DNA from: Desulfurococcales archaeon
GTDB lineage: Archaea > Thermoproteota > Thermoprotei_A > Sulfolobales > WANQ01
DNA length: 64,000 nt
Direction of reading: 5' to 3'
NCBI GenBank assembly: GCA_027030065.1
Contig: JALVFK010000132.1
Location: forward strand, 8,977 to 72,976
Of the stretch, positions 57,243 to 64,000 are shown piece after piece. Both the position numbers and the translations under genes were made by a program. Under the pieces are notes generated by a model. That model searched no databases, was not told where the DNA came from, and was given only the letters and a program-made list of their open reading frames with translations. How positions within the stretch are numbered: position 1 is the first letter of the stretch; each line of letters begins with the position of its first letter.

Positions 57243-57365
57243 CCTAGAGAATAATCAACTTCTCCATAGATTCTTCCGCCGTAACAGTTCTAAGTGTTCG
57301 ACGAGTTAGATCTTAATACGCATAACACTAAGTATATGTATTAGAGTAAGGAGGTGATCTAAAAC

Positions 57366-58172
57366 ATGTATCTTGGAACAAGGATAACCCCAATAATAGT
57401 AATGGTTATTGTAATAGGCGTGGCTGTAGGAGGAGTAGTATTATACAATTACTTGGCGTCACAGAGTAACACTATAACAACGACTCTTACCGAGACAATA
57501 ACTGTAACAAAGTATTCAACAATAACTATAACAGCGGGTAGCAATGTTACAAGCACTGCTACATTGGTGAAAACTACTACGGCTACAGTAACAACTACCA
57601 TACCAGTAACAATAATAAGTACAGTAACGGTTACTACTCTTCCACCACAGCCTCCTAAGACAACCACTACGACGACTCCCGGAGAGATAAGAGGTGAGAA
57701 CTTTACGGTGGGTAACGTGCAAGTATACTCTATTACGACATCTCTTGGATTAATTGATGCGAAGACGCCGAAACCGATGGTACTATTAAAGATACCGAAG
57801 AATACAGCCATGGAGGACATAATGAATAGATTAAACCAGTTAATTGCTGAGGGTATGCAAATATCTTCAAACATAAGTGTTAGTATCCCACAAGCATATG
57901 ATCCAGCTATAGTAGTGATGCTTTCAAGAGGAACACCTTGTACAATGTATAGAGTAATAGTGAATGACGGTAATGCTAGTGATGGAAGGATCAGCTTAAC
58001 CATACAAAAGTACTCTACAGCAGACTATTGTATACAAGTCGTACCGAAAGACAATATGTATATCGGTATAATAGTATTGAGGAACCTACAGGTAGGACAA
58101 TATGTTGTTGACGTGACATTAGACTATGGTACAACTAAGACACAGTACACGCTTGATATCTCATATAGCTAA
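57366..58172 (+). CDS. N-terminally anchored surface protein with Thr-rich stalk and C-terminal globular domain
   Basis: TM helix IIVMVIVIGVAVGGVVLY, a Thr-rich stretch at nt ~57468-57687 ending PPQPPKTTTTTTPGE, then a ~160-aa domain. Confidence 0.5.
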   Translation: MYLGTRITPIIVMVIVIGVAVGGVVLYNYLASQSNTITTTLTETITVTKYSTITITAGSNVTSTATLVKTTTATVTTTIPVTIISTVTVTTLPPQPPKTTTTTTPGEIRGENFTVGNVQVYSITTSLGLIDAKTPKPMVLLKIPKNTAMEDIMNRLNQLIAEGMQISSNISVSIPQAYDPAIVVMLSRGTPCTMYRVIVNDGNASDGRISLTIQKYSTADYCIQVVPKDNMYIGIIVLRNLQVGQYVVDVTLDYGTTKTQYTLDISYS

Positions 58173-58205
58173 AATAATGGTCTTTTAATAATCCGAAATA
58201 GTAGA

Positions 58206-60662
58206 CTATGGCCTCAATACTAGTTTTTCACCAGTAGGATAACTTGTAGGTAACCAGACTACAAGGTATACTCCTGTATACCATCCCTCAAGCTGGTCAC
58301 TATAATGTCGTGAGAACGGTATCCCGCTATTTCCTCCGGGAATTATTGCTAGAGACTTATCACTACTCATTTCGAAGACTGCTCTAAGGCTAGGACCTAT
58401 AGTGACCCTAAGCCATGGAGCCACATTAACGGTATAGAAACCTCCCGATGCTGGTAGACTTGGATAATTGAACCCACTAATATATTCTCCAAGAGGATGT
58501 TCGAAGACATAGTAGTGTATTTCACCCCACTTGGTATCATACCATTTCTTCCCACTCATTTCTTCTATCTGGTTTAATGTTTTCCTCAATGATTCTTCTA
58601 GTAAACTGCTTATGTCTCCTCCAACCCATTTCCTCATAGAGCCGGGGTTTTCTAGTTCCCTACGGAGTACTAGTTCTGTAAACTCTAGTGTTAGGAAGGT
58701 TTCACTACTTATATTGGCTTTAGCTAGCTCGTCTCCCCAGAGATCCTTGTGAAGGTTCATCAGCCATAGAGTAAATACTGCTGGCTCCACACGGTCTTTA
58801 TCCATTACGTAGTTCCAGGATTCAAGCATCCTAACGGCATCATATAATTCGCCATTTATGGGTTTCTTCATGAGAAGCTCTATCATTAATGGTAATAGTA
58901 TTTCTGCTGCCTTAGACTTTACATCATGTTGGAGATTCATCATGTCTCCGTCGCTTAATGGGTTCTTTTCAATAATATATTCGACAATGCGTTCGTATCT
59001 ATATCTGTCAAGCCAGTGCCATCCCAGATAGTATGGGTATTTTGAGAGATCAACTGGTTTATTATTAGCGGTAGCGATGAATCCCTTTGCTGGATTTATG
59101 AGGTGAGGCATTTCATCTGGTGGTATCCACGCCTTCCATAATCCTTCATTATTGCTTCCGTTGAATGGCAGGAATCCTCTATTAACGATAACCTTACTGT
59201 CTATTTCGAGTACAGCGCCTTTTCTAACGGGGATACTACCGATAAGTAAATATGCTATATTGCCATTACTATCAGCAACTACAAGGTTTTGTGGAGGAGC
59301 AATATAGTATTTCTTGAACGCGTTTAATACATCATATATGCTTCTACTAGTGCTTGCGTAGTAGAAGGCAAGCATGTCTGTTAGCATGTTTAAGCCTGCC
59401 CACGATACGGCTATCTTGTTTTCATCATCTATTATTGGTCCGTGAACAGTCTCCATAACAGTTATATTCTTGGTAATATAGTGGTTCCCATATCTAACCA
59501 ATATGGTCTCGTTTCTTATGGTAGGATTAAGCCATTTCCCATTATAATAGTATTTTCCATTCCTCCACACATAATAGTAAAAGTCAACCACATCGACCTC
59601 AGCATTGGTAAAGCCCCATGATACATAATGGTTTCTACCAATAATTACAAAAGGTATACCTGGAATAAAGGCGCCAAAAACATTATATGAGTCATCTTTC
59701 AATGCTATCTGAGCTAGATACCATATTGGGGGAGCTGTTAGGCTTAAATGAGGGTCATTTGCAAGTATCGGGTTTCTAGTAGCAGATAAGTTACCATTTA
59801 TAACCCAGTTATTTGAGAATAAATTAAAGCCTATTAACTCTTCAAGTATCCGCCTAGCACTTCTAATGAGACTATCATTCACAGTTACATCAAGTACTTC
59901 TAGAGCCCTAGCACTACTATTACCTAATACAAGCTTACCTGCCAAAAAGGCCTGGTTACCGCTAAGATTCAGGTTGGATATTATTGGTGTGTTTAGGCTT
60001 CGATTAAGAAAGTCTAATTCTAATAGAGAATCTAGACCATTTGCTTTTAGGAATCTATCTAGGTATAAGTCGTCTTCACTAAAGGATAGCATATATGATA
60101 TAAGCATGCCTATAGCTATACTATCCCATGGGCGCCACTTCTCCGGTTTAATGCCAAGTAAATAGTATTCAGGTGGAAGGAGATTATTGTCGATAACATA
60201 TCTTATTCTACTATTAACGCCGGAGGTAAAGGAATCTAGTAAATCTGCTACCTCGCGGCATTCACTACATTCTCTTAAATAGTTATATATGGATTTCGCA
60301 TGTTCTACTATCCCAAGCTTACGCATCATGATATCATTGCTTAGAACAGATTCACCAACTATAACGCTTAGATTACCTTCAGCTAGCCTTCTTAGAAGAT
60401 CCATTTGCCATAATCTATCAGTAGCCATAGCATATCCTAGTGCAAAGAATAGATCGCGCTTATTGTTAGCATATATGTGGGGAACACCCCAGTCGTCCCA
60501 AATCACGTCCACTTCGCTTAAAATACCCTTAACGTTAACAACGTCTGTTGGATGAGTGCTCGCTAAAATACTCTTAGGCAAGCCGTGATATAGATCAGAG
60601 ACCACATTTACCTGGGGTAAAGCTATAGATAATACTGTGAGCGGTGTAAGAGTTAGGAGCAC
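58206..60662 (-). CDS. Penicillin acylase (S45, Ntn-hydrolase) family protein
   Basis: LFSNNWVINGNLS (Ser nucleophile context), ANDPHL, and an overall length of 818 aa. Confidence 0.8.
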   Translation of the reverse strand: MLLTLTPLTVLSIALPQVNVVSDLYHGLPKSILASTHPTDVVNVKGILSEVDVIWDDWGVPHIYANNKRDLFFALGYAMATDRLWQMDLLRRLAEGNLSVIVGESVLSNDIMMRKLGIVEHAKSIYNYLRECSECREVADLLDSFTSGVNSRIRYVIDNNLLPPEYYLLGIKPEKWRPWDSIAIGMLISYMLSFSEDDLYLDRFLKANGLDSLLELDFLNRSLNTPIISNLNLSGNQAFLAGKLVLGNSSARALEVLDVTVNDSLIRSARRILEELIGFNLFSNNWVINGNLSATRNPILANDPHLSLTAPPIWYLAQIALKDDSYNVFGAFIPGIPFVIIGRNHYVSWGFTNAEVDVVDFYYYVWRNGKYYYNGKWLNPTIRNETILVRYGNHYITKNITVMETVHGPIIDDENKIAVSWAGLNMLTDMLAFYYASTSRSIYDVLNAFKKYYIAPPQNLVVADSNGNIAYLLIGSIPVRKGAVLEIDSKVIVNRGFLPFNGSNNEGLWKAWIPPDEMPHLINPAKGFIATANNKPVDLSKYPYYLGWHWLDRYRYERIVEYIIEKNPLSDGDMMNLQHDVKSKAAEILLPLMIELLMKKPINGELYDAVRMLESWNYVMDKDRVEPAVFTLWLMNLHKDLWGDELAKANISSETFLTLEFTELVLRRELENPGSMRKWVGGDISSLLEESLRKTLNQIEEMSGKKWYDTKWGEIHYYVFEHPLGEYISGFNYPSLPASGGFYTVNVAPWLRVTIGPSLRAVFEMSSDKSLAIIPGGNSGIPFSRHYSDQLEGWYTGVYLVVWLPTSYPTGEKLVLRP

Positions 60663-60776
60663 TAAGATTAATATAACTATGAGCTTTTTCTTGCCTAGAC
60701 TTAATTCTACGAATACTATAACACACCACCTATTCGGCTGGGAAGAATTTAGCTGAAAAGGTATTAAAATATGGGT

Positions 60777-61094
60777 TTAACGCTTCATGAACCCTACAGC
60801 CAATAAGGCCAATATTATGTCTGCGGCTAGCAATATACCAGTATATACATTTTGTGCTATAATACTTGATACACTAGTACCAGCTCCAATCATAGCAATT
60901 AACAAGATAATATATATGATAGAGCTTAGAAGAACCCCCAATCGTTGCTTAGCGAGCAAGCCTACTAAAACGGCTAGCAATAATGTTTCCACTAGTATAA
61001 TCGCCGAGAGCCCGGCAATGGCTCCAAAATAGACTATATATGCGGAGACAATCAGTAAAAACCCTATTATGAGGATCTTATTAACTATGCTCAC
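60777..61094 (-). CDS. Small membrane protein (3-4 TM)
   Basis: 105-aa hydrophobic ORF. Confidence 0.4.
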   Translation of the reverse strand: MSIVNKILIIGFLLIVSAYIVYFGAIAGLSAIILVETLLLAVLVGLLAKQRLGVLLSSIIYIILLIAMIGAGTSVSSIIAQNVYTGILLAADIILALLAVGFMKR

Positions 61095-61238
61095 TGTTAC
61101 CAGTCCCAGTGCTTTACGCTTAAAGTAATACTAGTTTTATAAGCGTAAGGATTCTTAACGAACTAGTATATGATTAATAAGGAATACCGAATGTTTAAAT
61201 ACTATTTGATTAAATGGGTGTTGTAGAGGCTAAGAGTA

Positions 61239-61547
61239 ATGGTTGCAAAAGATAAGGCTATTGGAGGCTTACTCCTAATAGTATCAGTTATCGTGATAAT
61301 AGTGTATGGGTACATACTATTCTTTACAAAATACGATATATTACTCCTAAAGATAACCGGACTTGTAGCAGTAATAGCAGTATTTGGTGTATTAGCCTGG
61401 ATAGGCTATACCCTAGCCACGACACCACCGCCTAAACCCTTAGAAGAATTAGAAAAAGAATTAGAAGAAGAACTCAAAAAGATAAAGAAGGAGTTAGTGG
61501 AAGAGGAGAAAACCACTGAAGAATCCGGGCAAAAGGGTCAATCATGA
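61239..61547 (+). CDS. Small 2-TM protein with Glu/Lys-rich tail
   Basis: 102-aa ORF with an ATGA overlap with the next gene. Confidence 0.4.
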   Translation: MVAKDKAIGGLLLIVSVIVIIVYGYILFFTKYDILLLKITGLVAVIAVFGVLAWIGYTLATTPPPKPLEELEKELEEELKKIKKELVEEEKTTEESGQKGQS

Positions 61548-61930
61548 AAGCGAAAATTACAACAAGTGATGCACTACTAGTCTTACTACTATCACGAGTA
61601 AACGATCTCAAAGACATAGCATTGGTAACTGAGCTCCCAGTAGAGGAAGTTAAAGATATATTAGAGGACTTAGTAAGTAAAGGCCTCGTTTTCTCAAGGA
61701 AAACGGGTATACTTGTAAAGAGGATAATCTATGATTTAACGAGTAAGGGTTACGATGAAGCTCTCAGAATATACGCTAGAATAAAGCAAGATATGACATT
61801 ATTAGGGGAACTCTTAGATAATGGTAGAATAGAAGATGCACGTTCTATAATATCAATTTACAGCAACGTGCTATGGCTTCTTAAAACACTGAGACTAATA
61901 GACGAGAGGATATTGAAAGAATTATTGTAG
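61544..61930 (+). CDS. Small winged-helix-like protein
   Basis: DIALVTELPVEEVKDILEDLVSKGLV...YDLTSKG pattern. Confidence 0.35.
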   Translation: MKAKITTSDALLVLLLSRVNDLKDIALVTELPVEEVKDILEDLVSKGLVFSRKTGILVKRIIYDLTSKGYDEALRIYARIKQDMTLLGELLDNGRIEDARSIISIYSNVLWLLKTLRLIDERILKELL

Positions 61931-61976
61931 TCTATCTATTAGTAATTGCTACTTGAAATTTAACTAACAATAAATG

Positions 61977-62036
61977 GGTCAGTAAGGAGAATAATCCACA
62001 TGGAAGCCTTCAGGAGACCGTCGTATCATCACTCCG
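61977..62036 (-). ncRNA. Candidate C/D-box sRNA (2'-O-methylation guide)
   Basis: Minus strand reads GTGATGA (C box, 62032-62026), 12 nt (tacgacggtctc), CTGA (D', 62013-62010), 8 nt, atgtgga (degenerate C', 62001-61995), 12 nt (ttattctcctta), CTGA (D, 61982-61979). This is the canonical archaeal spacing, about 54 nt in total, in a 195-nt intergenic gap. Confidence 0.55.
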
Positions 62037-62125
62037 GAGAGTACTTAAGGATACCCTTATTATAAATTGTTTGTCGCCTTAGATTTTTTAGTCGCAACTA
62101 GAATTTTATTCATGAGTGATTAGAA

Positions 62126-62500
62126 ATGGTTAAGCTACTTAACCGTAAGTTGAAGGAGACTGTAACATTAATGGAGGAACTTGAATTACTGCTTAATAGC
62201 GATGACGATATATCCGTCTTTGATCCCTCAGTGGCTCTTAGGGTTTATACGAGTGGTGGTGAGGACATAGCTACAACGGACATATGGTTGTCAATAGAGC
62301 TTGAACCCATGTATGGTGACAATGGAATCCCATTAGAGATTATTGATAGGATAAAGGAGATTGCAGGCAAATACGGTCTAGAACCGTTGGCGATAAATGT
62401 ATCTGAATACGGTTTAGTTGAAATAGTGCTCGCCTACGAGACTAGTGGGAGAGCATTAAGAGGAGAAGGCGAAGTAGAGGAATGGGAGAAAAAGGAGTAG
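62126..62500 (+). CDS. Acidic hypothetical protein
   Basis: 124-aa ORF with no recognisable motif. Confidence 0.35.
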   Translation: MVKLLNRKLKETVTLMEELELLLNSDDDISVFDPSVALRVYTSGGEDIATTDIWLSIELEPMYGDNGIPLEIIDRIKEIAGKYGLEPLAINVSEYGLVEIVLAYETSGRALRGEGEVEEWEKKE

Positions 62501-62564
62501 CCATTCTAGGATTGACAATGTATTTATTCTCCTATTTTTCTTCGTATAAACCGCTCAGGACTTT

Positions 62565-63086
62565 ATGGTGAATAACATGCTTGTTGGAGTATTAAGTGAT
62601 AGCCATGATAATGTTGAGGGAGTGGAAAAAGCTATAGAATTCTTCAATGATCGTGGTGTAGACTTTGTTTTTCATCTAGGAGATATAGTTTCGCCTTTTA
62701 CTCTTAGATTGTTTAGTAAATTGGAGCCAGATTTTGGGGTGGTTTTCGGCAATAATGATGGAGATAAACTATTATTATCATCTATTGCAAGAGAATATGG
62801 TTTCATTATTTCGGAGCCTCCGCTTCTCCTTGAGTTAGCTAGTAGGAAAATACTAGCGCTTCACGGTTGGCGTGATCCAAAATATACAATTGATCTTGTA
62901 GACTCGTTAGCTAAGTCTAGAACCTACGATGTCATATTATATGGACATACACATAGAGTTGATGTGAGGAAGATGGGAAAGACGCTAGTAGTTAATCCAG
63001 GTGAGGTCCATGGATATATATCTGGTAAATCCACTATAGCTATTATAGATTTAGATAAACTAGAAGTAGAGGTAGTAGAGATATGA
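62565..63086 (+). CDS. YfcE/MJ0936-family metallophosphoesterase
   Basis: LSDSHDN, HLGDIVSP, GNNDGD, YGHTH, NPGE. Confidence 0.85.
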   Translation: MVNNMLVGVLSDSHDNVEGVEKAIEFFNDRGVDFVFHLGDIVSPFTLRLFSKLEPDFGVVFGNNDGDKLLLSSIAREYGFIISEPPLLLELASRKILALHGWRDPKYTIDLVDSLAKSRTYDVILYGHTHRVDVRKMGKTLVVNPGEVHGYISGKSTIAIIDLDKLEVEVVEI

Positions 63087-63787
63087 ACTTTGTTGAAGAA
63101 TTTATTAAGAAAACTAGTGTAGAGGAATTTGCAGGATACATAGATCACACAATAATTAAACCAGAGGCTACTACTTCTAATGTACTGAAAGGTGTAGAAG
63201 AATACAAGAAATATGGGTTTGCATGCCTAGTATTATCACCGTATCACTCTCTACAAGTACTATCCAAGAATACTGATATCAAAGTATGCACTGTAATAGG
63301 GTTCCCTATGGGGTATCACCCTACAAGAGTTAAGCTTCAAGAAGCAAAGATGGTCCTGGAACGTGGTGCTAGGGAAATAGATATGGTAATGAATATTCAA
63401 GCGTTTAAGTCTGGCGACTATGACTACGTTTTAAACGATATTAAGGCAGTGGTTGAACTCGCACATTCTTATAACGCGTTGGTAAAGGTGATTATAGAGA
63501 CTGGCTTACTAAGTGATGACGAGAAGGTTAGGGCAACAGAACTAGTTGTTAGAGCTGGAGCAGACTATGTTAAGACTTGTACTGGTTTTCTCGGGGGAAA
63601 GGCGACTATACATGACGTAGTTTTATTGAAGAAAACTGTTGGTGAAGAAGCGGGTGTTAAGGCTGCTGGAGGTATTAGGCACGCTTATGATGCGGTAGCA
63701 CTCATACTAGCTGGTGCTTCACGTATAGGAACGAGTAGTGGTGCCAAAATAATAGAAGAGTACAAAAACCTCAAAGAAAAACTATGA
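63083..63787 (+). CDS. deoC: Deoxyribose-phosphate aldolase
   Basis: IDHTIIKPEAT, EIDMVMNI, VKVIIETGLL, YVKTCTGF (Schiff-base Lys), VKAAGGIR. Confidence 0.9.
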   Translation: MNFVEEFIKKTSVEEFAGYIDHTIIKPEATTSNVLKGVEEYKKYGFACLVLSPYHSLQVLSKNTDIKVCTVIGFPMGYHPTRVKLQEAKMVLERGAREIDMVMNIQAFKSGDYDYVLNDIKAVVELAHSYNALVKVIIETGLLSDDEKVRATELVVRAGADYVKTCTGFLGGKATIHDVVLLKKTVGEEAGVKAAGGIRHAYDAVALILAGASRIGTSSGAKIIEEYKNLKEKL

Positions 63788-63801
63788 CTTAATAATATTG
63801 T

Positions 63802-64000
63802 TTAGTATCCTAGAACTTTTCTAGTTTTTTCAATATATTGTTCGAATCTATTATTTTTCTTAAGCCATTCGCCATACTTGTATAGAGCCCATGCGGCTTT
63901 TGCGGCTCTTTCAACTGATAAGTACATAGGTATGCCCATCTTTTCTGCTCTACTAGCTTGTTTCCATGTATATGTTCCACCTGTTGCTGCTCCTACTACT
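63802..64000 (-). CDS. Partial CDS (C-terminal 65 codons): possibly an ADP-forming acyl-CoA synthetase/CoA-ligase alpha-type C-terminus
   Basis: Own translation of the minus strand: VVGAATGGTYTWKQASRAEKMGIPMYLSVERAAKAAWALYKYGEWLKKNNRFEQYIEKTRKVLGY*. The stop is the complement of 63802-63804. GIPxY..ERA resembles ACD alpha C-termini. Confidence 0.3.
   Translation of the reverse strand, partial: VVGAATGGTYTWKQASRAEKMGIPMYLSVERAAKAAWALYKYGEWLKKNNRFEQYIEKTRKVLGY

Noticed and set aside
57449-58003. 184-aa minus-strand ORF (Val-rich) and a 68-aa ORF opposite the Thr-rich surface protein
   Set aside because: Reverse complements of ACN Thr codons give NGT Val/Gly/Cys runs. This is an artefact of the Thr-rich coding repeat.
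61095-61238. Imperfect inverted repeat ttacgctta-N17-taagcgtaa (about 61116-61150)
   Set aside because: It has only 9 bp arms and a long loop, and it lies in a divergent promoter region. This is not distinctive enough to call a regulatory element or RNA.

Overview
This is an AT-rich, densely packed archaeal chromosomal window. The gene content suggests a hyperthermophilic crenarchaeon of the Desulfurococcales type: AGOG glycosylase, a PDCD5-like protein, an archaeosortase, DUF1616, an ER/archaeal-type signal peptidase and a C/D-box sRNA candidate. The species cannot be determined from the sequence alone. I support about 62 protein-coding genes, many with 1-25 nt start/stop overlaps. I saw no rRNA, tRNA, CRISPR array, transposase or integrase.

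Layout:
- 1-3.3 kb: housekeeping genes (MtrH-like, PDCD5-like, AGOG, pcp).
- 3.4-5.3 kb: an extra AEP primase-polymerase-like gene and a wHTH gene.
- 5.5-9.3 kb: a TasA/SipW-like secreted-fibre locus.
- 9.4-12.7 kb: a ClpP-class protease, an MgtC-like protein and an MBL hydrolase with a start/frameshift problem.
- 12.9-20.9 kb: a 7-gene operon headed by an archaeosortase-EpsI fusion and ending in DUF4129/DUF4350/DUF58 genes, with no ATPase.
- 20.9-44.5 kb: a very AT-rich glycan/cell-surface island. It holds 7 glycosyltransferases, wecB, a Wzx-like flippase, large polytopic membrane proteins, DUF1616 genes, an FtsX/ABC exporter and a solitary MoxR, and it is bracketed by rmlC and rmlABD.
- 44.7-50 kb: a secreted protein, a Thr-rich protein with a PGW-TM-basic C-terminal signal, and a 1207-aa pyrolysin-like subtilase.
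- 50-57.2 kb: a 2H phosphoesterase, a DtxR-like repressor and a second MoxR/DUF58/DUF4129 operon coupled to a PMT-like GT-C glycosyltransferase.
- 57.4-64 kb: a Thr-rich surface protein, a penicillin-acylase-family protein, small membrane and wHTH genes, a C/D sRNA candidate, a YfcE-like phosphoesterase and deoC.

Best candidates for something undescribed:
1. The archaeosortase-EpsI / DUF4129-DUF4350-DUF58 operon, together with its putative PGW-C-terminal substrate.
2. The archaeal TasA-like / dedicated signal-peptidase-fusion locus.

All family assignments come from motif recognition and recalled alignments. No searches were run.
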